DNA of 64,000 bases, taken from assembly GCA_038321865.1 (NCBI GenBank), contig JBBQFH010000001.1, forward strand, positions 64,001 through 128,000. Reading direction: 5' to 3'. Shown here one piece after another: positions 20,793 through 30,499 of this stretch. The position numbers and the translations under genes are program-made. Position 1 is the first letter of the stretch; every line of letters starts with the position of its first letter. The notes under the pieces are model-generated. The model searched no databases, was not told where the DNA came from, and saw only the letters and a program-made list of their open reading frames with translations. Source of the DNA: Gemmatimonadales bacterium. GTDB lineage: Bacteria; Gemmatimonadota; Gemmatimonadetes; Gemmatimonadales; GWC2-71-9.

Positions 20793-21439
20793 GGCGCGAG
20801 CCGTCCCGCCGCCCGGCGCAGCTCGGCGCGAGGCAGCGCGCCTTCGCGGACCAGCAGCGGCACGCTGGTCGTGCAGTCGACCAGCGTCGATGGCGGGACG
20901 TTGCCGAGCGTACCCCCGTCGAGCACGAGCAGAAGCCCGCTGTCCACCGACTCGCGAAACAGGTCGACCAGCCCGGCCACGCCCGGTGCCGTCGCCCCGC
21001 CCGGACGATTGGCCGAGGTCGACGTCAGCGGCAGCCCCATCTGCTGTACCAGCGTGGCGATGCCGGCATGTGAGGTGTGGCGCGCCGCGATGCCGCCTTC
21101 GACGCCGCGCAGCTGTTCGGGAAGCCGGCCTTCACCACCAGGGAGCACGAGCGTGAGCGGTCCGGGCCAGAAGGCATCGGACAGCGCCCGCGCCGAGGCG
21201 TTGAACGTCAGCCCCCACTGCTCCGCCATCGGCCGGCCGGACACCAGGAGCAGAAAGGGCTTCTTGGGGGGACGGCCCTTGAGCGATGCCAGCGCAGCGA
21301 GCGCCGCCGGGTCCGGCGCGGATCCCAGCCCGTAGACGGTTTCCGTCGGATAGCCGAGCAGTCGGCCGGCCCGAAGGTGCGCTTCCACGATCGGAATCGC
21401 GGCGGCGATATCCTCCGGAGTGCGAAACGGAAGGATCAT
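20789..21439 (-). CDS. tsaC: L-threonylcarbamoyladenylate synthase (YrdC/Sua5 domain)
   Basis: YPTETVYGL, KGR, FWPGPLT, STSAN, PST.VD. Confidence 0.93.
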   Translation of the reverse strand: MILPFRTPEDIAAAIPIVEAHLRAGRLLGYPTETVYGLGSAPDPAALAALASLKGRPPKKPFLLLVSGRPMAEQWGLTFNASARALSDAFWPGPLTLVLPGGEGRLPEQLRGVEGGIAARHTSHAGIATLVQQMGLPLTSTSANRPGGATAPGVAGLVDLFRESVDSGLLLVLDGGTLGNVPPSTLVDCTTSVPLLVREGALPRAELRRAAGRLAP

Positions 21440-22125
21440 GTCGGATGCGTTGCCCAGAGCTCCGCGAGCGCGAGATCGTCGGAGCTGGTGATCTTGAAGT
21501 TGCGTGCCGAATCAGGCACGAGCCGCACCACTCCGCCGGCCCGCTCGACCAGCGCGGCGTCATCGGTTGCGATGTCGTCGCCGGGACATGCCAGACGTTG
21601 CGCCGTTTCCAGCAGGGTGCGGGGAAATCCCTGAGGTGTCTGTGCCCGCCACAACCGTGCCCGCGGCACGGTTCGGGCGATGGTGACGCCATCCTCCGCA
21701 CATTCCTTGAGCGTATCGCTCACCGGGACGGCAGCGACGCCGCCGCGGCCGGCCCGCGCCTCGGAGATCACCGCATCAATCACCGCCCGGCCGACGAACG
21801 GCCTCGCGGCATCGTGCACCAGGACTACGGTACAGCCGGCCGGCAGCGCCGCCACGCCGGACGCGGCCGAGACGGCCCGGTGCGCCCCGCCCGCCACCAC
21901 GCTTAGCGAGCCGCCGGCGAGCGTCGCCAGCCATGCTGGCGGGTCTGCCGCATGCGCCGGCGGCAGCACGACCGCCACGTGCGCCACCTCCGGATGGGCG
22001 GCGAACGGCCTGACCGCGCGCAGCAGCATCGGCACACCCGCGATCTCCCGAAACTGCTTGGGCGTGCCGCCGATGCGATGCCCGCCGCCGGCCGCGACGA
22101 TCACGACGCCCACGTCACGCGGCAA
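21436..22125 (-). CDS. ispD: 2-C-methyl-D-erythritol 4-phosphate cytidylyltransferase
   Basis: AAG.G.R, PKQF, VHDAARP, AQTPQGF, TDDA, NFKIT; TTG start overlapping radA end. Confidence 0.93.
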   Translation of the reverse strand: MPRDVGVVIVAAGGGHRIGGTPKQFREIAGVPMLLRAVRPFAAHPEVAHVAVVLPPAHAADPPAWLATLAGGSLSVVAGGAHRAVSAASGVAALPAGCTVVLVHDAARPFVGRAVIDAVISEARAGRGGVAAVPVSDTLKECAEDGVTIARTVPRARLWRAQTPQGFPRTLLETAQRLACPGDDIATDDAALVERAGGVVRLVPDSARNFKITSSDDLALAELWATHPT

Positions 22126-23488
22126 GGGCGCGCACCAGCTGTTCGATGTGATCGAGCCCAACCAGCGAGATCCCCGGAACCTGTACCGCGGCACGTGTCG
22201 AGCCGAACACGCGCCGGAAGCCGAGCCGCGCCGCCTCGACTGCACGACGTTCAAGGCCGGCGGCGGGGCGGATCTCACCGCCGAGTCCAATCTCGCCGAG
22301 AAATATCACGTCGGCCGGTGCCGGACGGTTGTAGAGGCTCGACAGCAGCGCCGCGGCGACGGCCAGGTCGGCGCCGGGCTCGGACAGGCGCACGCCCGCC
22401 GTCACTTGCACGAACACGTCCAGGTCGGCGAACGAGGTGTCCGCCCGCCGCTCGAGCACGGCCAGCAGCACGGCAAGCCGCTTGGGGTCGAACCCGGTGG
22501 CGACCCGCTGGGGCGTGCCGTACCCGGACTTGGCGGCCAGCGCCTGCACCTCGACCAGGACGGGACGGGTGCCCTCCATAAGCGCCGTCACGGCGCTTCC
22601 GCTGATCGAGTCGGAGCGCGCCGCGAGGAAGATGGCGGATGGGTTCAGCACCGCGATCAGGCCGTGCTCGGTCATGGAGAAGACGCCGAGCTCGTCGACT
22701 GACCCGAAACGGTTCTTGGTGGCGCGCAGCAGCCGATAGTCCAGCGTCGCCTCGCCCTCGAAGTAGAGCACCGTGTCCACGATGTGCTCGAGCGTCTTGG
22801 GACCGGCGATGCCCCCGCCTTTCGTCACATGCCCGACGACGATCACCGCGGTGCCGGTATCCTTGGCGTAGCGCATGAGCTGTCCGGAACACTCGCGCAC
22901 CTGCCCCACGTTGCCGGGCGCGCTCTCGAGCGTGTCGGTGTACACCGTCTGAATCGAGTCAATCACCACCACGTCGGCACGGACGCTGAGGGCGGCGTCC
23001 AGAATCGCTTCGAGCCGGGTCTCACCCAGTACGTGCACCGCCCCGGCATCCTCCACCAGTCGCTCGGCCCGCAACCGCAGCTGATCCGGGCTTTCCTCTC
23101 CGCTGGCGTACAGCACCGTCCGCCCGCCGTGCTCCAGTCGCGCAGCGGCCTGCATGAGCAGCGTGGACTTCCCGATGCCCGGCTCCCCGCCGATCAGCGT
23201 CATCGAGCCCGGGACGATCCCCCCGCCGAGCACGAAATCGAATTCATTGAGGCCGGTGTACCAGCGGGACAGGGGCTGCGTGGCGATGTCGCGCAGCCGC
23301 GACGGCGCGACGGAGGATGAGGGGCGCCGCTCGACCCGAGCGGCGGAGGTGCGGGCGTTGGCGGACGCGACGACAAGCGGCTCTTCGGCCACGGCGTTCC
23401 AGGCGCCGCACGCCTCGCAGCGACCCGCCCACTTGGGATGATCGTGGCCACATTCAGTGCAACGGTAGACGGAGCGCGCCTTCGCCAC
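22115..23488 (-). CDS. radA: DNA repair protein RadA/Sms
   Basis: C4 zinc finger, GEPGIGKST, KNRFG. Confidence 0.97.
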   Translation of the reverse strand: MAKARSVYRCTECGHDHPKWAGRCEACGAWNAVAEEPLVVASANARTSAARVERRPSSSVAPSRLRDIATQPLSRWYTGLNEFDFVLGGGIVPGSMTLIGGEPGIGKSTLLMQAAARLEHGGRTVLYASGEESPDQLRLRAERLVEDAGAVHVLGETRLEAILDAALSVRADVVVIDSIQTVYTDTLESAPGNVGQVRECSGQLMRYAKDTGTAVIVVGHVTKGGGIAGPKTLEHIVDTVLYFEGEATLDYRLLRATKNRFGSVDELGVFSMTEHGLIAVLNPSAIFLAARSDSISGSAVTALMEGTRPVLVEVQALAAKSGYGTPQRVATGFDPKRLAVLLAVLERRADTSFADLDVFVQVTAGVRLSEPGADLAVAAALLSSLYNRPAPADVIFLGEIGLGGEIRPAAGLERRAVEAARLGFRRVFGSTRAAVQVPGISLVGLDHIEQLVRALAA

Positions 23489-23489
23489 G

Positions 23490-24875
23490 CTAGTCGGACC
23501 CTTCCCGCTCCGTCCGATTGTCGAAGCGCGTGAACTGCTTGTGAAAATACAGGTCGAGCGTTCCCGTCGGTCCGTTCCGGTGCTTGGCGACGATCACCTC
23601 GGCGATCCCCTCGTTGCTGTTGCCGTCGGCATCCTCCCTGGCGTACATCTCCGGCCGGTGGATGAACAGTACGACGTCGGCATCCTGCTCGATGGCACCG
23701 GAATCGCGCAGGTCGGAGAGGATCGGCTTGCGCTCGCCGCCACGCTGTTCCGACGCGCGGGAAAGCTGCGACAATGCCATCACCGGCACCTCCAGCTCAC
23801 GGGCGAGCGCCTTGAGCGACCGCGAAATGTCGGAGATTTCCTGCACGCGATTCTCCGAGTGCTCGGGGCTTCGCATGAGCTGGAGATAGTCGACGATGAT
23901 GAGCTTGACGTCGTTCTCGACCTTGAGGCGCCGCGCCTTCGAACGCATTTCGAGCAGCGTGAGCGCGGGGGTGTCGTCAATCCAGACCGGACAGCTCTGG
24001 AGAATGCCCGCCGCGCGGGCCAGACGGGTGAAGTCGAAGTCCTTGAGCTCGCCGCGACGCACCGCCTGGCTGTTGACCCTGGCTTCCGCCGTGAGCATGC
24101 GCTGGACGAGCGATTCCTTCGACATCTCGAGCGAGAACACCGCGACGCCATGACCCTCCACCGCCGCGTGGGTCGCGATGTTCAGACAGAATGCCGTCTT
24201 TCCCATCGAGGGGCGGGCGGCCACGATGACCAGATCGTTCGGCTGAAATCCGGTCGTCATCTCATCCAATTCTGCGAATCCGCTGGGCACGCCGGTAATC
24301 GCTTTGCCGCTCTTCTGGAGCGTTTCGATGCGCTCCATCGTGGGCCACAGCATCTCCTTGATGCGGGTGAACCCCTCGTCCCCCCGCTGCTGCGAGATCT
24401 GGAAGATGCGGGATTCGGCGCTGTCGAGGAGCTCGTTGGCCGTCGCCCTGCCGTCGTAGGCCTCCGTGACGATCGCGGTGGCGCCCTCGATCAGCCGCCG
24501 GAGGATCGCCTTGTCCTTGACGATCTTGGCGTGAAACTCGAGGTTGGCGGCGGTGGGGACCGCGTCCACGAGCTCGGCGAGGTATTCGAGGCCCCCGGCT
24601 CCGTCGAGATCACCCCGGCGCATGAGCTCGTCGCGCAGCGTGATGTGGTCGATGACGGTGCGCTGTTCGGTAAGCGCGAGCATGGCGCGGAAGAGGCGCC
24701 GGTGCGCCTCCCGGTAGAACATGCTGTCGTCGACCAGCTCCGCCGCGCGGAGCGCGGCATCCTGGTCGAGCAGCATCGCGCCGAGCACGGCCTGCTCGGC
24801 TTCACCGCTCCACGGGGCCGCCCGGCCCACGTACGGGTCAGCGATCGAGAAGCTGTCGGGCGATACGGACGTCAT
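23490..24875 (-). CDS. dnaB: Replicative DNA helicase (no intein)
   Basis: AARPSMGKT, DYLQLM, LSQLSR, LRDSGAIEQDAD, KHRNGPTG. Confidence 0.98.
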   Translation of the reverse strand: MTSVSPDSFSIADPYVGRAAPWSGEAEQAVLGAMLLDQDAALRAAELVDDSMFYREAHRRLFRAMLALTEQRTVIDHITLRDELMRRGDLDGAGGLEYLAELVDAVPTAANLEFHAKIVKDKAILRRLIEGATAIVTEAYDGRATANELLDSAESRIFQISQQRGDEGFTRIKEMLWPTMERIETLQKSGKAITGVPSGFAELDEMTTGFQPNDLVIVAARPSMGKTAFCLNIATHAAVEGHGVAVFSLEMSKESLVQRMLTAEARVNSQAVRRGELKDFDFTRLARAAGILQSCPVWIDDTPALTLLEMRSKARRLKVENDVKLIIVDYLQLMRSPEHSENRVQEISDISRSLKALARELEVPVMALSQLSRASEQRGGERKPILSDLRDSGAIEQDADVVLFIHRPEMYAREDADGNSNEGIAEVIVAKHRNGPTGTLDLYFHKQFTRFDNRTEREGSD

Positions 24876-25629
24876 CCCAGGTCGACTTCTTCCAATTGGG
24901 GTTACGCAGCAGCGCCGCCGGATGGTACGTCACCACCACGGGAATGCCGCTGAAGCTGTGGACCTTGTTGCGCATCTCGGTCAGGCTCTTCTTCGCGCCG
25001 AGCAGCGATTCGGCCGCCGTGCTGCCGAGGGCGAGAATGACCGCCGGCCGGATGATGGCCAGCTGGCGCCAGAGATACGGAATGCACGAGGCGATCTCGG
25101 CCGGCAGCGGCTTCCGGTTCTGCGGCGGGCGGCACTTCACGATATTCGTGATGTACACCTCTTTCCGCGGAACCTCAATAGCGTCGAGAATGCTGTCGAG
25201 CAGTTGGCCCGCCGCGCCCACGAAGGGGCGCCCGGTCGCGTCTTCGGTGGCACCCGGCCCCTCCCCGACCAGCACCAGGCGAGCCCGCGGGTTGCCTTCG
25301 CCGGGCACGGCATGCGTGCGGTGGGGGCAGAGCGTCTGGCAGCATTGGGTGGTCCGGATCCGCTCCGCCACCTGCTCGAGCGTCGCCAGGGCTCCGAGAT
25401 CCCCCAGCACGTCCATCGGCGGCGAGTCGCTCTGCAGCCCCGGCCCCGGCACGGGCGGTGCTCCCTTGCGCCACCGGCCATCGCCCACGGGCATGCTCGT
25501 CCGGCTGCTCGCCATCGTCGCTTCCTTTTCTCCAGCCGGCTCGGCTGGACGGAGCGCCTGGCTCAGGATCACCTCGGCTCCGCCGAGCTCGATCTGTTCT
25601 CGAAGATAGCGGCGGAGCTGGTCAGGCAC
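24838..25629 (-). CDS. Family 4 uracil-DNA glycosylase
   Basis: GEGPG..ED..GRPFVG.AG, VKCRPP.NR, YHPAALLR. Confidence 0.93.
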   Translation of the reverse strand: MPDQLRRYLREQIELGGAEVILSQALRPAEPAGEKEATMASSRTSMPVGDGRWRKGAPPVPGPGLQSDSPPMDVLGDLGALATLEQVAERIRTTQCCQTLCPHRTHAVPGEGNPRARLVLVGEGPGATEDATGRPFVGAAGQLLDSILDAIEVPRKEVYITNIVKCRPPQNRKPLPAEIASCIPYLWRQLAIIRPAVILALGSTAAESLLGAKKSLTEMRNKVHSFSGIPVVVTYHPAALLRNPNWKKSTWDDVRIARQLLDR

Positions 25630-26818
25630 TCCGCGCCTCCACTTCGTCCAGAATGGCGTCGGCAACCTCGCGCTTGCCCAGCAGGGGGAGGGCGCGCTCG
25701 CCGCCCTCGCGATCCAGCAGCGTCACGCGATTGGTCTCGACCTCGAAGCCGGCGCCGGGCTCGAGGGCGTCGTTTACGACGATGAGGTCCAGTTCCTTGC
25801 GGGCCAGCTTGGCCCGGCCCTTCGCCACCGCGTCACCTGTCTCCAACGCAAAGCCTACGATCACCGAACCCGGCATGCGTGCGGCACGGGTGCCGGCGAG
25901 AATATCCACGGTCGGCTCGAGGTCGAGCGTCAGCGCTCCGCCGCTGCGGGCGACCTTGCCGGTGTTGGGCGCTCGCGGGCGGTAGTCCGCCGGCGCGGCA
26001 GCCATGATCAGGACGGCCGCCGTCTCCAGCTCCTGGCGCACCGCGGCCTCCATTTCCGCGGTCGTCTCCACCCGGCGCATCGTCACGCCGACCGGAGGCG
26101 GAAGCGTCGAGGGCCCCGTGATGAGCACGACTTCGGCCCCGCGCTCCCACGCCGCCTCCGCCAGCCGGTAGCCCATGCGGCCGCTCGAGCGGTTGGTGAT
26201 CACGCGCACGGGATCGATGGATTCGCGGGTGGGACCGGCGGTGACGATCACGCGCCGGCCGGTGAGTACCCCACCCCGGCCCAACAGGCGCGCGGCATGC
26301 GCGAGGATCGTCTCCGGCTCGCTCATGCGGCCGGGACGATCCGAAGGTCCCTCGGCGAGAGCCCCCACCTCAGGCCCCACGATGTGCACGTCGCGCGAAC
26401 GGAGCAGCCCCAGGTTGGCCTGCGTTTCCGGGCGAGCGAACATCGCGTCGTTCATGGCGGGGGCGACGAGCAGCGGCGCCGTGCGCGCGAGCAGCAGCGC
26501 CGTCAGCACGTCGTCGGCGACGCCCTGGGCGAGGCGGGCGAGGAGGTTGGCGGTGGCGGGTGCCACCACGATGAGATCGGCGCCCTGCCCCAGGTGGATG
26601 TGCGCGAGCGCCTCGCCGGGCGCCCAGAGGGAGCGCACGACGGGGCGCCCGGTCAGCGCCTCGAATGTCACCGGCCGTACGAACTCCGCGGCCGCCTGGG
26701 TGAGCACCACATCCACCCGGGCGCCGGCTTCGGTCAGCCGCCGGGCGAGAAGGCAGCTCTTATAGCATGCGATCCCGCCCGACACGCCGAGAACGACGTG
26801 CCGGCCGGCCCACGACAT
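25622..26818 (-). CDS. coaBC: Phosphopantothenoylcysteine decarboxylase/ligase
   Basis: GGIACYK, APATAN, PAMN, TAGPTRE.IDPVR, NRSSGRMG, GFALET. Confidence 0.96.
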   Translation of the reverse strand: MSWAGRHVVLGVSGGIACYKSCLLARRLTEAGARVDVVLTQAAAEFVRPVTFEALTGRPVVRSLWAPGEALAHIHLGQGADLIVVAPATANLLARLAQGVADDVLTALLLARTAPLLVAPAMNDAMFARPETQANLGLLRSRDVHIVGPEVGALAEGPSDRPGRMSEPETILAHAARLLGRGGVLTGRRVIVTAGPTRESIDPVRVITNRSSGRMGYRLAEAAWERGAEVVLITGPSTLPPPVGVTMRRVETTAEMEAAVRQELETAAVLIMAAAPADYRPRAPNTGKVARSGGALTLDLEPTVDILAGTRAARMPGSVIVGFALETGDAVAKGRAKLARKELDLIVVNDALEPGAGFEVETNRVTLLDREGGERALPLLGKREVADAILDEVEARSA

Positions 26819-27030
26819 CAGGCCTCGGAACGGCGGCGGCGGAGGAGCTTGTAATTCAGGTCGCCTTCGACCAGCGCATCGAGTGCGCGCGTCGTCAGCT
26901 TCTCTTCACTGGCCGCGAGCTGGTCCTTGGGAAAGTCGTTCAGGTAGCGGGCGAACTTCGCCGCGACCAGAACGCCCAGATATTTGTTGCCCGCCATGTG
27001 GGCCACTTCGGACGGCGTGGTGATGCGCAT
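26818..27030 (-). CDS. rpoZ: RNA polymerase omega subunit
   Basis: 70 aa between gmk and coaBC; NKY..V.VAAK.AR. Confidence 0.85.
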   Translation of the reverse strand: MRITTPSEVAHMAGNKYLGVLVAAKFARYLNDFPKDQLAASEEKLTTRALDALVEGDLNYKLLRRRRSEA

Positions 27031-27054
27031 GCTGACTCCCCTGGACTCGGTTGC

Positions 27055-27702
27055 CTAGCTGGTCACTGGAAATTTCGCGGTCTCTTCGATCACGTCGCGG
27101 CGGAGCCGTTCGATCAGCGCGGGCAGCCCGTCCTGCCGGCACACCCGGCGGGCCTCCGCATCGAGAATCGCCGCCACCTGGGCCACGGCGGCGAACAGGT
27201 CCTCATTCACGACGACGTAGTCGTACTCCGACACGGCCTTCAGCTCGTCGGCGGCGCGCGCCACCCGCTCACGGAGCGCGGCCGCCGTCTCGGTGTTGCG
27301 CCCCGTCAGCCGGCCGACCAGCACCGATGCCGATGGCGGAAGGACAAACACCTGCACCGAGTCCGGCATGCGCTCCCGAACCTGATGCGCACCCTTGATC
27401 TCGATGTCCAGCACCACGGTCTTCCCCAGCGCAAAGAGCTGGTCGACCTCGCGTCGCAGCGTGCCGTAGAGCTCACCGCCGTAGGTCGCCGACTCCAGAA
27501 ACTCTCCCGCCGCCTCTCGCCGAAGAAACTCCGCGCGCGAGAGGAAGTGATAGTCGGTGCCATCCCGCTCGCCGGGGCGCATGGGGCGCGTCGTCGCCGA
27601 CACCGAATATCCCAGGTCGTCCCGCGCAAGAAGCAGCTGCTTGGCGATCGACGTCTTCCCCCCGCCCGACGGGGACGACAGCACCAGCAGGAACGGCTTC
27701 AC
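27055..27702 (-). CDS. gmk: Guanylate kinase
   Basis: SSPSGGGKT, SATTR..RPGE.DG.DYHF, YGT. Confidence 0.97.
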   Translation of the reverse strand: MKPFLLVLSSPSGGGKTSIAKQLLLARDDLGYSVSATTRPMRPGERDGTDYHFLSRAEFLRREAAGEFLESATYGGELYGTLRREVDQLFALGKTVVLDIEIKGAHQVRERMPDSVQVFVLPPSASVLVGRLTGRNTETAAALRERVARAADELKAVSEYDYVVVNEDLFAAVAQVAAILDAEARRVCRQDGLPALIERLRRDVIEETAKFPVTS

Positions 27703-28574
27703 TCGAGGTTCTCGAGCTGCTCGCGGAACTTTTCCAACTCGCCCTTCATCGCGATCACGTGCGCCGTGATGGCGGCGTCATTGGCCTTCGAGCCCATGGT
27801 GTTCACTTCCCGGCCAAGCTCCTGGGCCAGGAATCCGAGCTGCTTGCCGGCGGGGCGATCCGCGGCCAGCGCCTCGCGGCATGCCGCCACATGCGCGGCG
27901 AAGCGCACCAGCTCCTCGGTGATGTCGAGCTTGTCGGCGATGAACGCGATCTCCTGCGCAAGCCGGTTCTCGTCTGCGGTGCGACCGTCCAGGAGCTGCG
28001 CCACCGAGGTGCGCAGACGATCGCGCTCCCGGACCAACCGCTCCGGCGCCAGCGCCGTCACCGCCTCGGCGCCCTCGCCCAGGCGGTCGAGCCGATGCAG
28101 CAGCTCCGCCACCAGCGCCGTTCCTTCGCGCCTCCGCATCGCCCGGCACTCGGCGGCGGCCTGCGCCACGATCGGCTCGACATCGCTCCACGCCGTCTCC
28201 GATGTGGGTGCCCCGGTCCAGCTCAGCACTTCCGGCTGCCGCGCGATCAGATCCAGGTCGACTCGCCCGCCGAGTCCGAGCATGGTCTGCAGCCCCTGCA
28301 GCCGGTCGGCAACCATGCGGGCCCGCTCGATGTTGACCGTGAGCTCCGGTTCCCGCTCGGCGGTCTCCAGCCACCGCACCTGGACGGCGAGATGCCCCCG
28401 GTCGAACTCCTGACGCAACCGCTCGCGGAGATCGGGCTCCAGCGCCGCCAGATCGCTCGGCAGCTTCGCGGCGAGATTGAAATACCGGTGGTTGACCGTC
28501 CGGATCTCGACCCGGAGCCTGCCGTTCGCGGTCGGTCCCTCGGCGGCACCGAAGCCGGTCATGCTATAGGCCAA
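27699..28574 (-). CDS. yicC: YicC/YloC family endoribonuclease
   Basis: SMTGFG, VNHRY, DITEELVR, QE..RE.NT.GSK, REQ.ENLE. Confidence 0.95.
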   Translation of the reverse strand: MAYSMTGFGAAEGPTANGRLRVEIRTVNHRYFNLAAKLPSDLAALEPDLRERLRQEFDRGHLAVQVRWLETAEREPELTVNIERARMVADRLQGLQTMLGLGGRVDLDLIARQPEVLSWTGAPTSETAWSDVEPIVAQAAAECRAMRRREGTALVAELLHRLDRLGEGAEAVTALAPERLVRERDRLRTSVAQLLDGRTADENRLAQEIAFIADKLDITEELVRFAAHVAACREALAADRPAGKQLGFLAQELGREVNTMGSKANDAAITAHVIAMKGELEKFREQLENLE

Positions 28575-28639
28575 GCGATCTCCGCCGATGGGGAATAGCT
28601 CGGAAAGTTAGTCTGGCAGAAGGGGTTAGTCTAGCCCGA

Positions 28640-30499
28640 TCAATTGAGGAATTCCCAGCGGATCCCGAAGGCGTTGCTGTACGACGGCATCTCGAAGCCG
28701 GGCACGTAGACATGGGTCGATCCGGTGATGTTCCTGGCATCCCAGTAGAAGGTGAGCCGGCCGATTTCCATCTGCACCAGGCTCCGCAGGAAGTTGCCGG
28801 CCGGCAGGAGGACGGGTCCGCCCGCCGGATCGACGCCGAGGCTGCCCGCCGACCATCCCTCGACGCCCAGCTGGAGCTTCAGCTCGAAGTAACCGCTCGG
28901 GAATTCCCGCAGAAATTTGGATCGGATGGTGCCGTTCGCCATGTAGTGCCGTGGCGGCTGGCCTTCGACGGGCGCGCGCGGGTTGCTGAGCCAGCCATCG
29001 AGCACCAGCCAGCGCCACGGGGCGAGGTGGCCCGCCACGGTCAGCCATTCGGTCCGCCCGTGGGCGCTGATCGTGGCGATGCCCGGATACGGCTGGTAGG
29101 CAAACGGCTGGTAGGCGTTGCCCCGCGAGTATGTGGCCTCCGCGCCGATCCAGCCGCGCTCAAGTGCCGCCGAAAGCTGCACGTCACGAAGCAGCTGGGC
29201 CGTATCCGTGATGATGGACGGAGCGGCGACCTCGCTGCCGGCGCGCACGGCGCCGCCGATGGAGAGTCCCAGCGGCAGCGTGAGGGAGGCCCGCGCGCCG
29301 GCCCACCGGGTCGTGCGGCCGCCGAAGTGATGCTGGAACACCGCCTCGCCGGATGCTGTCAGCAACGCCGTCGGCGACCAGCCCAGCCAGGCGCGCGAGT
29401 CGAACGAGGTCCACGCCCCCCGCCGGAACGCCGATACCCCACCCGTAAATGCCGCCGCGCGAATCGACGCGACGCCGCCGAGCTGATTGACTTGCTGGGT
29501 GATCCCGGCGCTGTCCCAGCCGCTTCGGGCATACACGAGATCGAGCCGCGGTCCGCTGCCATCTGCCTGCTTGCCGAACGACGCGCGCAGCTGGGCATCC
29601 GTCCGCTTGCCCTCTTGGCGTTCCCCGGTGCCGCCCAGCGCGGCGCTGAACGCATCGCGGTCGGTCGATGTCCGGACCAGCTGATATTGCAGGCCGAAGG
29701 TGGCCGACGGCACGTAACTGCCCTGCACCCACAGCCCGTTGCTCGTGAAGTTGCCCACCCCGCCGCCACTCGCCGGGGCCCGCACGTAGTCCCCTGACGC
29801 GACGACACCGAAGCCCGAACGGAAGCGCTGCTCAATCTCCCCGCCATAGGTCGCGAGGCCGTCGGACCCGGTGCCGGCGGCGATGCGTGAGCGCGGGGCG
29901 AGCCGGTCATGACGACGGGTGTACAGTCGCACCTCAAGCCGCCCAGGCCAGCGCTCCACCTCGACGCGATCGAGAAAATTCAAGGGAAACAGCGACGGAT
30001 CCACCGCCAGGCTGTCCGGGCCCATGGCGACGTACGGCATGCCGTCCAGGAGATACTGCACGGACGTGGATCCGCGGCCCTGGAAGTTGGCGGGCTCCGG
30101 ACGGCCCCTCCGTCCCCCGCGCCAGATGAACGCGCCCGGTATGCGCGCGACCAGGTCGCCCACAGTCGCCGCGTTCACCCATTCGATCGAATCGCGATCG
30201 AACACCGTGCGCGCGAACGTCGGCTCCGGCCCCGCGTCGGCCAGCCTCGGCAAGACCGGCAGCTGCACCTTCGTTCTCGCCTCAATCTCGGCGTACCGCT
30301 CATCGGCGCTCTGGGGTCGCTCGCGGGCGCGCTGCGTGCCGTCGCCGGCAACGGTGGTGTCGGTGACACGAGTGCTGTCGGCCGGTCGCGGCTTCCGCCG
30401 GGCCTGCGTCGAATCCTGTGCCGCCGCCGCGCCGGCGCCCAGCGTTAGCAGGGCGGCGGCGAGGAGAATCCTCGTCAGAAGCTCAGCCCTGTCGGCCAA
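28640..30499 (-). CDS. Outer-membrane protein with TonB-dependent-receptor plug domain
   Basis: Signal peptide; plug-like RG......YLLDG.P and L..LDRVEV; barrel ending GIRWEFLN. Start uncertain. Confidence 0.75.
   Translation of the reverse strand: MADRAELLTRILLAAALLTLGAGAAAAQDSTQARRKPRPADSTRVTDTTVAGDGTQRARERPQSADERYAEIEARTKVQLPVLPRLADAGPEPTFARTVFDRDSIEWVNAATVGDLVARIPGAFIWRGGRRGRPEPANFQGRGSTSVQYLLDGMPYVAMGPDSLAVDPSLFPLNFLDRVEVERWPGRLEVRLYTRRHDRLAPRSRIAAGTGSDGLATYGGEIEQRFRSGFGVVASGDYVRAPASGGGVGNFTSNGLWVQGSYVPSATFGLQYQLVRTSTDRDAFSAALGGTGERQEGKRTDAQLRASFGKQADGSGPRLDLVYARSGWDSAGITQQVNQLGGVASIRAAAFTGGVSAFRRGAWTSFDSRAWLGWSPTALLTASGEAVFQHHFGGRTTRWAGARASLTLPLGLSIGGAVRAGSEVAAPSIITDTAQLLRDVQLSAALERGWIGAEATYSRGNAYQPFAYQPYPGIATISAHGRTEWLTVAGHLAPWRWLVLDGWLSNPRAPVEGQPPRHYMANGTIRSKFLREFPSGYFELKLQLGVEGWSAGSLGVDPAGGPVLLPAGNFLRSLVQMEIGRLTFYWDARNITGSTHVYVPGFEMPSYSNAFGIRWEFLN

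Noticed and set aside
23490..24875. Possible intein in DnaB
   Set aside because: Normal length with contiguous motifs
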